A stretch of 63,996 nt of DNA, counting the filler, from Bigelowiella natans CCMP2755 (Eukaryota > Protista > Cercozoa), in NCBI GenBank assembly GCA_000320545.1. It is 5 parts of 5 records of this genome, joined end to end, with 100 filler letters (N's around TTAATTAATTAA, not from the genome) between each part and the next. Parts side by side here need not be neighbours in the genome. Positions count along the whole stretch, not along the records: positions 1 to 18,200 come from ADNK01002540.1; 4 more parts are not named here. The stretch is one strand, 5' to 3'. Below are positions 1-13,263 of the stretch, in pieces. The position numbers and the translations under genes are program-made. Under the pieces are notes generated by a model. It searched no databases. It had not been told where the DNA came from and saw only the letters and a program-made list of their open reading frames with translations. Numbering within the stretch: position 1 is the first letter of the stretch; the number at the start of each line of letters is the position of its first letter.

Positions 1-139
1 GAATGGGATCGATGTACAATGATCAATGACCATGTTAACATAGCACAAGTTAGGAGATAGGCTTGTGAGCGACGGTGATTTGATGGCGTGTGCTGCTGAT
101 GTTATCAGCATGAAGCTCTGATATACATGTTATTTCATG

Positions 140-902
140 AAGAGAACTGTGTCAAAAGTCCCAAACAGCCTCGCTCCTATCACCATGCAATATCACCATC
201 AAGACGAAAATGATAATAAAAAATAGTAATCGTACGGGGGGGAATTTACTTGTGACAACTACTAAAGAACACTATAACCACTATTATCATCATCATCGTC
301 AGCATCATCATCATCACCACGAGGTAGATTTCTCTCTACAACGCACAAATATTTTAAACGCATTAAAAAAATAAATGCAAAGAATTTGCGAATAATCTTC
401 TTTACACACACCCTTTCCAAGCAATGGTTTGCCATAGTTGGCGTGATATAGCATTGTGTACTCTTGCTCTTTTGGAGAGAGATTGGTTACGGTGTCTTTG
501 ATCTACATCAATGCAAGCAGCATACTCAATAATAGATAAAGAAGAAGAAGAAGAAGAAGAAGAAGAAGAAGAAGAAATCTGCAATATTTAAGCAGCATCA
601 GTATATTTTATACGTATAACGGAGGCAGCTACTACTATTATCAAAACACAGCCATTGCTACAATATCATCATTATTTTTTTTAACAAATGGGAAAAACAA
701 AAAGGGAAAAAAATGTGTGATCATCAGAGAGTAGTAAGTATTGGTGGCATGCCTTGAATGAGCTTGCTGCATGTCCTAGCTCCAGCTGTGTCCACACCTG
801 AGAAGTGTAAGAAACAGCCGCTTATCATCATTATATCACAACATCCTCAAAGCAAGCGATTGTATCTTTCTCTTCTGCTTTGCCCGACTCCGTTCTTCAT
901 TA

Positions 903-939
<37 letters not shown>

Positions 940-2235
940 CATTATTGCATCATGTGCTGTCTACTACGTGCTCTACCTCAAAATTAGCCCCTTTGAACCA
1001 CACCTTATCATGACGTGTAAAACAACCAAACGATACAGGCAAAAAAGTATCACAAATTATAAATATCGTGCAATTCAAAATGTTCATAATTTATTAACAT
1101 CACTAGTTAAAATATATCACCAATAAACAAAGAAACACAGAACACTTTTAGACCTCCTTTCAGTCAGCCTTTGGTAGGAACAGTTTGTCGCAATTTTGGC
1201 ATGTTCAATCTCACTCCCCCCCCTTCCTCTCGTGTTCTACTACTTCGCCATCATACCTCATTGACTTTTCCTCGGAGAATGAGAGTTCCATCGGCCTTCA
1301 CCAGCACCTCAACTTCTGATGCTGGTATGTGAGCTACCTTTCCGTGCAAGCTACGTTCGTAAGCAGCACAGCGTCGATTTATATAGCATATCATTGGAAC
1401 ACACAGACGCGCAACCACCATAATTTACTCTAATGCATAAGATTAATCTCAGGGAAATATGCTTCAAAGATCGCTTTGGTAGCCTAATCTCTGCCATTAT
1501 TATTGTGAACACCTCATCAAACGTCCATTATCCATTCCAGGGTGTCCTAAGGAAGGGGAGAAAGATATTAATCAATTTGATGATGCGCTTTCGTTTGGCC
1601 TTTTGAATGCGCGTAGCAAGCACTGGAATGCTTGTGATTCTATGGCAGCTGCTTTTAAGAATCTGCTGCTACAGCAGTAGCATGGTTTGTGGTTTTGCTC
1701 AAGTATACCAATTATGCCTCTCTTATGGAATTGATGACATAACTTCGTACGATTAGTATAAAGCAGCTTCTAGCTTATCATTACCTGACCACTCGACGCC
1801 GCACCTCACCATCCATCCATTGAAGCTATATAGCCATCCTAGGCCATTGTTATCTTCCAGATTGATGTAGTAAGGATGCACAATGTCCTTCACCGGAGAG
1901 TCCCAACTAATGGTACCATCGATTACCAAATTATCGGCCACGACGTGCGTACGGTGCGTATGGACGAAAATTGATGATGAAGCGACTACTCGTCTGGGGG
2001 ACAATACTTCAACTACCACCCCCAAGTCAGACTTATCATGTTTCGCTGCATTCATACACAATCCATGTTGTACGCCTTCAAAATCGGTCATCAGATACAA
2101 CAGTCGTACCCAAGGGAAATATCGCCCGACACAGTTTCGACTCTCTGGATTGTCATTCCTATTCGTTCAAATCAGTATTCATCGGTCTGATGGGTTATCC
2201 TACTCTACGGTATGTATTCAATGCGCAGTTGATGC

Positions 2236-2271
<36 letters not shown>

Positions 2272-2970
2272 CCTCATTTCAAATATCGAGTATCGTACCT
2301 CGTGTGGGCACTACTTGGGCCTTGATGACGCCATTGCAGATCTCTATCAAATCGATATTATCCTGGAGTCTAAGGTGTTGAGAACAATAGAAACCATAAC
2401 ACTAAGAGATAAGCAAAACTAAACTTTCTTCCTTTATTTGCAAAACAGCTCTATTTACTAAAAGAGGCATCATCATCTCGGCTCTTTTCAATGTGCTCGG
2501 TATTAGTAGAGTAGTAGTGATGACATAGGCCGATGATACAGTATTATGTTATCGAAAGTTCTTCTTCGTAGAGAAAATGGACGAAACGGCAGCTCAACTC
2601 CTCTTTTGTCAATTCTATTTTGTGGTTTTCGGGTCATTCATGTACCCACCCCCCTTTGAGACGGCGCATTTTCACATAGCTTCCTTTTGCAAGCTGCGAC
2701 AGCTCATTCGAACTAACGCTAAAATCTTCAGCATATATTTTATTCGACGTGCTTAATAGAGTCTGAGGAAACAAGGGGGAGGGGGCGAGGGGGCAACGTA
2801 TGAGGAAACGAGGCGAGCGAGAGTTAGATGCTAGTATTCTTGCCATCATTATCACTGATTGCACTCACCTTCTGATATACTGGTGAAGAAGCAGAGCTTG
2901 GCTGAAATGGCACTTTACCCTCATTGTTGGCCAGGTGAAGGTGATTTACGATGCGGTTAAGACGCTCCAT
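140..2970 (-). CDS. DUF4432 (aldose 1-epimerase/galactose mutarotase-like) family protein, multi-exon, N-terminal PTS2; 3' end runs off the window start
   Basis: Spliced exons read [11 protein letters not shown]...KMRRLKGG|[24 protein letters not shown]|[16 protein letters not shown]|[41 protein letters not shown]|[10 protein letters not shown]|[16 protein letters not shown]...RGKVNE|VWFKGANFE|[15 protein letters not shown]|[31 protein letters not shown]. These match remembered motifs of bacterial DUF4432 proteins. Confidence 0.85.
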
Positions 2971-3154
2971 GGGGGCAGGGGTTGGTGTCGACGTGGATCT
3001 TGTGAATTGAGAAGACCTCCGATTCTTGCGAAAGAAAATGCAGAAAACCTTGTCGCTCAGCAAAAATGCATTCGGTCTGTGTGATTCAAACACCTGGACG
3101 AAGATGGTCGGTGACTCTTCTATGCAACCAAAACTCGATGGCCGGGTGCGTTAG

Positions 3155-3820
3155 AAGATTGATGAGGGACTCAAGGCACCTTTTTTTGCAGTTTGAACAC
3201 TCCAAAACTCTTGTTCAGCGCGCAGTCAGCGGAGGTCAATTGGTCCGACACAAGCGTTGTTCTTCATTTGGCAGGTGTGGTTCGTGCGCCTGAAAGTTTC
3301 GTGGTGATGCACGTGCACGTTGCACTCTTCAGCTAGCAGGTGCAGACTCACCAACTGAGTTGTGCACGCCATCGCAAACAGTTGGTACCAACTTGCACTT
3401 TCCAAAAAAAAGTTCACTCCTGTCAGTGCAATGGCGTCATTGCAGGCGCCTCTTTCCCCCCCTTTTTCTCCAACAACGCCGCGCAACGCGTTGAAAGAAA
3501 GGTTTTTGCTCTGGGGTTTTCAAACGATTGTGCGATTTTTCACGAGAGTTCACAACGGCACCAAACGTGCAAGAGTTTGTCCTGTGCCGTGTTTTGTGGG
3601 CTGACGGAGTGACTCACCAAACTAGCAAAAGTTTTGGCACCTCTGCTAGCTCTGGACCTTTGCCAGTTGGCGCGTTTGCTTTTCACGTTCGAGGTGTTTG
3701 CAATTCTGCAATTCGTTGCCTGACCAGTGTTGTCATCTGACACCACAGTGCTCCCAACGTCACAATCACTTGCAGTTTTGGGGTCACACGAACCGCCGTG
3801 AGTGACTTTGGTGCAATTGC
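3155..3820. other. TpA-depleted intergenic domain (probable degenerate repeat relic)
   Basis: Manual count gives 4 TpA in about 665 bp, 3 in CTAG and 1 in GTAC. It grades into a CTAG-rich flank at about 3860-4070. Confidence 0.8.
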
Positions 3821-4321
3821 ATTACACGCTACATGTTCAAACGAAAAGTTGCTCACTTCACGCTAGCACGTGCTGACCACGACCATTCTAGCATTGAAAA
3901 AAGCAATTGATCACTTCTAGACTTCCTCACATCTGCTATAGCTAGCTAGATCTAGACATCCGTCTCGCACGTGTGACAGAGCTAGAATGAAGCTTGCATT
4001 ATAGCATCACACCGATCAGCTAAATGTGCGCGGATGCTGCGATAGCAGACACATGCAAACCATCTCTAGTTCTGCGTGAATCATTGTTCTACTCATGAAG
4101 AAATAGTACAAAATGTTTCATATGAAAATCGGAGATGCCATGCCTTCAATCACTAAAGTGCTTATTGTAAACAACTACAACTTTTTAGGTCCCAACGGGA
4201 GATCTAGCTATGCTAAAATTCATAATCGGGAATCGGGCAACGGCATTTTGAAGAATACCTATTTCGAAAGGGATAAGTTAATTCATGATAAATATTGAAA
4301 TCAACTGCGTGTCATCATTAC

Positions 4322-4539
4322 CTAAGCCGATTGTTTCTTCTTCTTCAGTCCTGCGTAGAAGTTTTTCACCTTTTTCTTCTCACTATCTGCATAGAACTTC
4401 CAGGCAAGTGCAGGTATCATGGAGAAAACAGTAGCTTTTGCAACGGTAGGAAGGAACTGAGGCATCGGCATCGGTACCTGTGGTGGTCGATGTGTATGTA
4501 TGTATGTATGTATGTATGTACATGTTAATTATATATATG

Positions 4540-4580
<41 letters not shown>

Positions 4581-4769
4581 TATATGTGCATATAACTTTT
4601 ATGCTATTCTTGTTAATTTCTTGATGGTCGATATGCAATTGTTTGAACCCGAGCCGAGAGAACAAAAACTGTTCAAAACCGAGACAAGGTACGGTCTATT
4701 TCAGACTGTATCCTTGAAATTGTTCCTCAGAACTCAAGTTCTCTATGCCACGTATGGATACTTTGACAT
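4322..4769 (-). CDS. Small cytochrome c oxidase accessory subunit-like protein (Cox9/COX6C/plant COX5C-like), about 57 aa, 2 exons
   Basis: Exon 4477-4322 follows a cag acceptor and reads VPMPMPQFLPTVAKATVFSMIPALAWKFYADSEKKKVKNFYAGLKKKKQSA*. The hydrophobic helix plus WK..E.KK...FY..L resembles COX5C/Cox9. The first exon (MSKYPY, 4769-4752) is tentative. Confidence 0.5.
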
Positions 4770-5990
4770 AAAATGAATCCAAATCATTCATACTGGTAAA
4801 TCTAACCCCACTGAAGGTTAAGACTACACCCAGAGTTGTTGAGCTTACAACACAGCATCTAAATCTATTGTATTATTCATCCAAATCATGGAAACGATGG
4901 GGCCCTACGTCTAAATGAAGAATGAGCTAGAGTTCAGGGGGGGACAGGCTCAGTTTTGCGCAGCCCGATATTTACACTGAATTACAGGCTATTTATTCAA
5001 AATATGTATAATATCATTGGTCGTAATATGTTAACCTTACGGCGTTATCATTTCCGATAAGTTAATCTGAGTTGTTTTGAGTGTATCAGAATATGGTTAT
5101 GATAAATTATGACACGTGAAATTACAATACAATGTCAAATAATTTCTAAACAGATCTATTCAATTGTAAATAGATTCTATTCACCTTCTATAGGGAATTG
5201 TATTGTCGACATTAAATCTTGTTCTATCCCGCGATATTAATTATAAATTCATAAATTAATTATTCGTTCAAAGAAGAGACCTCTGGGAGACCATTCCGGT
5301 CTTTTTATCTTCAGCACTCATGTCGTAAGACGAAAACTTGGTAGTCTTCTCTTAAAGAGAAAGTAAGTGTAGGCTTTTAATTGATTGCAGCAAATTCCTT
5401 CTCTGTTCAGGTAAATAATACTTTAATATATGACAAAATAGCTTGCATCTATGTGACTCAAGTGCATCAGTTGAACATCCTAAATCTCAAATAGAGCACG
5501 ATCTATGTTTAAAATAGTCGACGCGTTTTATATTTTATATACGACAATAAAAAATGACTTTGATGAATTATAAATATAATACATTTATGAATTTAAACCA
5601 AACTCGTTGTAAGTCTCAAAGTCCGAAATCCCCCAGAAGGAAGTTCCCCCCTGTAATACACAGTTGTCTTGGTGGCGTTCTTGTCAGGACGAACTAGCTT
5701 CGAATAGAAAGAAGAGGAAGCGAGTCATCACCACACGGTATTGATATTGGTGTGTATCAGACTGTTTGAGCGCATACAAGCTTATCTATATCGTTCGCCA
5801 TCGACAGGCAGAATAGTATGCCAGTTTGTCGGTTCGTCGTATGGCATAATAGTTCTGTCGTCGTTTATAACTCGTTGAAAGTCCCACCTTCACACACTTT
5901 TGATCGATGGAAGCTTAATAGTTTCGTCGAAGCCACTCCCTCTCCAGAATTCCTCATCAATTAAAAATCTCGTTATTCCCTATAGGAAGG

Positions 5991-7309
5991 ATGGGAGGTC
6001 TTGAGCGAAATCAATCCCAGCCTGAACCAAAACGTAGAAAACAATGCTACTTTGTTTCTTTCTGTGTAAAAGGAGTTTCCCAATCTAGCATTCATATCTG
6101 TTCTCACACAGAAAACGTTATTCTGTAACATTGACGGCGAATAACTCTTAGATTTCGTTCGAGAGTGGCTGGACGCGAAAGATGAAGAGGGGACGTGGTA
6201 GTATTTAGAACTACACTAAAAGTCCCATTTGATGTCATACGAAGCGTAATTTCCATTCAAACATGAGAATTCTATGAACTCAGTTTGCCGAATTCAACAC
6301 CTTTTTTCAACTTTACTTTCGAATCTACCACTGCTACTTGTACGGTTTTGGCTCACCTGAGCACCACCTCGTAATGCAATAAAACAAGGATTGAAGCCCA
6401 AGTTGTAAATATCCAAGAAGGCAGGGTGCAAGTACATTTCAAAGGTAGATGCTATCTCTGTGCATCTGGCGTCTATTTCGGTGGAAGGATGTCTGTAATT
6501 ATATGTTTTGGGTTATGTGACAGGATACTCAAGCGAATGGGATGAATGGTATGAAAGTAATAGTCAAGGGCTTGCTAAGCTGCACACGCACACGAAACCG
6601 GTATCAGTCATAACAATGTCTCTATATACATCACTTTCAGATAGCTACATTCGACTGGGACATTTTATTCAACTGTATACTATCCAAACTATTTGTTGAC
6701 ACAAAGTCACGATGACAATTTTTGATACTGATAACAATTTGACGCAGATTTGTACCCGCGACACGGAATTAGGAACTGATGTGAAGATTGATCTTCCTAT
6801 AGGGTAATAGGTTTAAGTTACAGCTAGTAGCTAACTCCTACATCGAAAACACTGGAGTACCGCTGCGGAATTTCCGCCCGCGATTTTAAAATTCATCAAT
6901 TCCTTCAATTTTGCTTCCCTTCCATAGTTATTCATTCATCCATTCTTCTTCTTCTCCTTCGTCCTCTTCTTCGTCTTTGCAGGAAGGATTTAGATGTAAT
7001 GGATACAACAGATGAATGGGTACCTGCTAAGGTCGTTGCCACAGATGGGAAGGTGATTCACCAAAGTCATGAGAATATATCTCATGCAGAACGAGGGGGG
7101 GAGGGCATGGAGTTATGTACTTAGTGGTCACTTCTTTTCGTCCTAATTACCTCCCACCCATAAACGTATCAACAACAATATTAGTACGATCAAGTGAAGG
7201 TGCGTTATGATGGTTGGGAGTCCAAGTACGACGAGGTATGGATATTTTACAAGAATGCTGCCGCTGGGGTGTTGGGATAGATACAGCTTGTAAATACGGG
7301 AAAATAGTG

Positions 7310-7359
<50 letters not shown>

Positions 7360-7513
7360 CCTCTATCCTTCTCTTCATAATGTATATGCACCTACTTGCT
7401 GCGCTCAGTGGATCAGGACAGATTCCTATCGGCTAGCAGTTGCAGGTAGAAATGAAAGTAGAAACAATAGTGACATATATATATATATATATTTATTTAT
7501 TTATTTATACGTT

Positions 7514-7555
<42 letters not shown>

Positions 7556-9167
7556 GCTAGGGAGACACACGAAGAAGCAGCGTTTGAAAGCTGAAGAAGA
7601 GAAAAGGAAAAAAGAGCAGCAGCTTCAAGAACAAGAACAACGCAAACAGTTCCTCGAGGAGGGAGGGAAGAGAACAAACAATCTTAGCAGTAGTAGCAGT
7701 CGCAGTAGGAAGAGGCATGGGGAACGAGGCAGAGAGGAAGGAAACATGATGGCAGTTGAGAAATCAAATTACGACTACAAAGACAATAGTAGTTATAATA
7801 ATAGCGTCCACTCCTCCAAGGAAGAAAAGAAAGGAAGCTCCTCCTCGTCCTCTTCCCATCTCCCCAGGATACGATACAACACAAATTCTGTCGAAGGAAA
7901 GTATCGAAGTGCGTTGATGAGAATGAGAAATTTCCATGTGCAAGATGAGGATGGAGACGGGAATTGCCTTTTCCGAACAATTAGCCGACTGATCTACGGT
8001 ACACCGGAGCATCATGCCATGGTCCGTGCGAAGATCCTTGAGTATATTCAAACTGAAGCCGTATTCTTTGGGCAATATATATTCGACGAAGACTTCAACC
8101 AGTAAGACGACGACGACGAAGAAGAAGAAGAAGAAGAAGAAGGAGAAGGAGAAGATAAATCAGATTTTCCTGCTATTGTGTGGTGTTGCGATGATTATGA
8201 TGCTGGATTATAATTTCCGATAAAATGATTATGATGATGATAAAGATGATGAACACAAACCGCAGGTAGTATTTTTCACTTTGACTACTCACAATACCGC
8301 ATCTTCTAATTGTTCTTCGACTGATACTCAATGCCATCTTCTACCACGTTGGCTAGGTACCTAGAGCGTATGAAGCAGCCTGGAGAGTGGGGCGGGGAAG
8401 TAGAGATTCGTGCTGCGTGCGAGATGTACGGGCGACATGTGGAAATATATGCCTACTCATTGGAACCTAAAGGCCATTATCAGCCTCCAGCTGCAGACCT
8501 GATCATACCAACATCGGTTACCTTTAAAGGAGGCGGCGAAGCAGGGGAGGGAGCACGTCAGCAGCAGCACCACCAACAACAGTCGTCTAGGATGGCAGTC
8601 GTTTGCGAGGAAGAGGAGAAAGAGAACTTTCCACAGCACCAGCAACGGCAGGCTCCTTCCTCTTTTGCTTCTCAAAGTAAGTCGTCTTTGAAAGGAGAGA
8701 TCATCACACAACACTGAACACAAACAACGGAATATATCCATAGAAAGTATTACTATCACTACTGCTACTAATAGGGAAAGTGTACGATTGGCTTATAATT
8801 CTTTTTTGCTGAGGAGTAGCATCCCTGGATGCACGCGCTGATTTGTAACTCTATAATTCTAGCAACAGCTGACACGAAGCAGAGTGCGGTTGTTACTTCT
8901 TCTACTACACTGATGAGGACTGTGAGAGGAGTCGTCTCAGAAGGCAAAATGCCTTTGGCCACGATACAGCAGCAGCAGCTGCCACAACACACCTCCTCCT
9001 CGTCTTCCTCAACAACTTCAACAGCTTCTGAGCGAAAGCTGAAGAGGATTATGGCGGTGACAGAACATTCCACGCCTCCACGAGAGGCCAAGGGAGGTGG
9101 GGTTGAGAGGGTAGTAAGGTTGGAGTCGATGGCAACGAGTAGTACCAGCAACAGCAGTAGCAGAGGC

Positions 9168-9201
<34 letters not shown>

Positions 9202-9659
9202 GCGGTGCAGATGGTAGCGCCAGCATGCAAGTAGAACAAGTGGTAGCAGCAGGAGCAGGTGGGGTGGAAGCTTCAGGGAGAACGGACGGCGAGACCAACA
9301 ACAACGACTCCTCATCATCGTCATCATCATCCTATCCTCAGGTATATATAATTGGTTGGTAGCACGACACACACCCCATCAGCAAACACCATCACCAGAG
9401 ATATATGTAGTGTACTTTAGTCGTGATTAGTAGTAGTAGTAGTCGTGATTAGTAGTAGTAGTAGAAGTAGTAGTAGTAGTAGTAGTAGTTTAGCGATGGA
9501 AAAAAGAAATCGTTTAGTTCAGTGGTGATTATTCGCATGAATATGATGCGGATGACAGCAATGAAGCTGCGTATTTTGTCCTTTTGAGTTGTAGTATAAA
9601 AAAATGAAAAAGAAGAGGAGTAAGAGGAAGAAGAAAAAGGAATAGTGTTTCTACCACTA

Positions 9660-9696
<37 letters not shown>

Positions 9697-10661
9697 ATAT
9701 CACTAGTATTCATGCCGGTACTATCTCCTGCTCCTCCTCCTCCTCCCTCCTCCATCACAAACTTCTGCGTACTACTTCGACTAAATGATAAATTTTATCG
9801 AATAATTGGACACTATTATCATCATCATCATTATCATCTTCACAAGGTGAGACAAGTAGCCCGAGGAGAGCTACCACCTTTGAGGCTATCATTCCACTGG
9901 AACTCGCACTACAACTCCATCATAGACTGCTCAAGCAACAGTAGTTTTCCCATTGTTGCCGCACACCCCGGAGTGATAGAGGATCAGGGCATCCAAAGGG
10001 CAAAGCGGCGACAGTGCAAGCTAGATGAGATGAAGGACCTGCAGAATGCCCTGGCGGCATCGCGTCGTGCATTCGAGAACAGAGATCTAGATCAGATATT
10101 CTCAAACATGCTGATTGGAACTCAGGTTGTAGTCGGTTGGTGGTTTTGTAGTTGTTGCCACTGCTGCTGTTGCTGTCACTAGTGGTTGGAGAAGAATGCA
10201 CATGTTATATGTGAGTAGTCGCATGAAACAAACTCAATCCGTTTAATATTGCTGCATGTACACAGAAGGCGTCCGATAGAAACTCAAGCGAAAACGCGAT
10301 TCTGGAGAAAGCAATATCAGCTTCTCTCGAGGAAGAAGAAAAGAAGTTCAAAGAGGCCGTGGAGGCTTCAAGGAAAGAAGCTGAGCGCTTAGGTGACAAG
10401 AATATTGAGATTGCTAAGGAAAAATCTGTACTGGATGAAGCGAAGGCCCGCAGTCTGCTGCTAAAAGAGCAAGAGGAAATAGCACGGGTCCTTGAGGAAA
10501 GCAGAAGAATGCAGGAAAAAAGGCAACTCGAAGAGATTCTTAAGAAGTCAGTAGCAACCGAGGGGGGAGGCCACCATGCATTCATGGAGGAAGACGAAGA
10601 TCCTGATCTCCAGGCTGCTCTGGCTGCGAGTATGGAAGCCGCCTGCACGGGCAACACCTAG
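5991..10661 (+). CDS. OTU-domain deubiquitinase (OTUD5-like) with two N-terminal chromo-barrel/MBT-like repeats and C-terminal UIMs; multi-exon
   Basis: Repeat 1: WLDAKDEEGTW|IEAQVV...VQVHFKG|YSSEWDEW...LAKLHTHT. Repeat 2: LDVMDTTDEWVPAKVV|...VKVRYDGWESKYDE|WIRTDSYRLA. OTU Cys box DGDGNCLFR, middle motif GEWGGEVEI, His box LSFHWNSHYNSI. UIM-like LQNALAASRR, LEKAISASLEE, DPDLQAALAASME. Confidence 0.88.
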
Positions 10662-10984
10662 CCCTTCTGCATACATTAGTAGTGTGCTAGATAGAACATG
10701 CCATAGTTGCGAGGAATTACGTTCATTGCATTGTTTGTAAATGCGGTGAATTTACGGTGGATACTCGAACCTGCTGATGAGCTTAGCTTCAAGTACAAAG
10801 CATAATAGAATGCTACATTTGCCACATGGTTGCTCCAATGTCATATATTGCAGCTAAGGGTTCGCTGCTCGATCGACACATCCTTCTGACTATGCGCACA
10901 ACGGAACAACTACATTTTGTAGACAGCACAAATGTGAAAATAATTAACTAGAGGAAGCGAGCGCAGGCATGCTACGATTGACAC

Positions 10985-11850
10985 GTGCGTGCACATTCTA
11001 GCATTGCAGCTAGCTAGCTAGCTAGATGCTAGGATGGAAACAGTAGATGGCTAGCGTGGCAAAGACAACAGTACTTAACAACTGCACCTGTGCTAGTGTG
11101 GTTGTTTATCAAACACACCTCTCTAGAAATGTGATCGATCTCTAGATCTACATGCTGCCCAACTAGCCAACGTACATTGTTTTGTCCACTTTAGCACTCG
11201 TGACTTGGATCAACTTGACTAGCTAGCTAGCATGCAGCTAAGCGGGCTAGCTCTAGAGCTAGCTAGCGCACGAGGCACAGCAATTCTAGAATTGCAATCT
11301 AGTAATGTCTGTCAGCCTAAGAGTCTTTGGTTGTCATGCATTGCAATTGCTCTCCAACTAGCGCAGACCGCCCCTGCCCCATTTTCAACACAACACATGC
11401 ATCAATCTAGCAATGTGTGTGAGTTGAGAAGCTAGACAGGGCGTGTTCTGCGATTTCATCACATCTAAACATCTAGACATGTCTAGATCCTGAGACATCT
11501 AGATGTGTGTGTACGTGTTACCAAAATTAGTTGCCTTTGCATGATTCTGCCGTCACGTAAGCTAGCACAGCTAGCTAGCTAACACAGTCTACTAATAATC
11601 GCTTGAGCGATGGCGACTACCTAGGCTATGCTCTGTCCATGCAGTGGTGGCTATGTAGAGAGCATTACACACTACGTACAACAGTACACGCATCTGCAAC
11701 GTCAAGTAATGCTGGACTGCCCCCACTTCATCTAGTCATGTAGACTGTGGCATATGAAAGAGCATGCTAGCACATCTACATGCAATATTCTAGTGTTGAC
11801 ATACTAGCATGACTTACAGTCAGAGTAGCTAGCTAGCTAGCTAGGTAGGA
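10985..11850. repeat. CTAG-rich intergenic tract
   Basis: Many tandem CTAG/AGCT units such as agctagctagctagctag and repeated tctaga. It lies between two convergent gene ends. Confidence 0.75.
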
Positions 11851-12294
11851 AGTATTGAAGTCTTCTATCTTTCGGATCACAGCATTCGAAAGAAAGAAGA
11901 GAAGTCTCCCGGTATAATACCTGTTGTCTGTTTCCCCACATGCATGCCTTAAAATTGAATTTTATCAGGTTTAATTACAGGCTAAATTTAGTCGACAGAG
12001 ACCATGCCAATCTACCAATCCATGCTCAAGAACTTCTATTCTACATCAACATCATGCTAGCATGAGGGATCGTTAGTTCTCGGAGAACAAAACTTCCGCA
12101 AGTTCATCATGCAGAAATCCTGGGTAGACTTGCGTGTTCGCACGCACCCATGCACTCAAAAATAAAATCACTTGTTTTGATGAGCATGCGCCTTGGATTT
12201 GCAACGCGCTCGGAATGAACAACAAAGACTAGTCGATGTGCGTGATCAACGTAACGTACGAAAGCAGCGTTCTGCGGCAGGAACGTTAATTCAA

Positions 12295-13228
12295 TCATGA
12301 CAGTCCACAAGACATCCCTTCTGTGTTTTTGCCTACAACGAGACTTTCAACGATGTACCTCTCTTTATCTGTGAAATCCGGTGCACCTTTCCCCCGAAAC
12401 GAGCCTTGAAAGTCTACTTTGTTGGGCCAGTGACTTGCAGTCCCATTTCCCTCCACCACCTCCTTTCGGGCTTTGAGGACATCTTTTGTTGCCGTTGAGG
12501 TGGGTAGCATACATACATAGCAAACCAGCCGGAGAAGCTCATTGGGGTTGCCATCTGTCCCAGTGGTACTTCCAGTCGAAACGGCCTTCTTATTATCTGT
12601 TCCTTCTTCCGACAGCTTCGTCCTTGCGGAGGGTAGAGATTGGTTCGTTTTCTCATACTCACCGTTATCTTTATTGTTGTTATTTTGATGTTCTTCCGCT
12701 GGACTTGATGCTTGAGGTAATGTTACAGGAGAAGGTGTGTTACAGTGTACGACACGACTGTCCCAGAGACAAAGGTCGCCAGCCCGACAGGACACCATAA
12801 CTGCCTTCATCTTTAGAATCTGATCGTGTTTTGCAATCGGGATATAATCTGAATAATGTTGAATGTATTTGTGCCTTTTCGCAAAATCTGGCATCTCATG
12901 TTGAGAGCCTGGGATGACTGTGAGCCCTCCTGTAGAGACGTTTTGGTCATATAAAGATACGAGGCCTTGCACGCAATGAAGGCCTGGTTTGTGCACAGGA
13001 TTTTGATCGACATGATACCAACCTCCTTTTGTTCGCCATGTTTTTTTATACGACCAAGGCCGAAACACCCCGAAACCATCAAACGACACTATAAGGTCAT
13101 CCGTGTCCCAGATAGATGAGAACACTTGCTTCACTCGACCTCTGGATCTGTGCATTGCATCAAGATCTCAGCACCGCCTCATAGCATCACCATCACTACC
13201 ACCACTACTATCGTCGTTGCTATCATCG

Positions 13229-13263
<35 letters not shown>

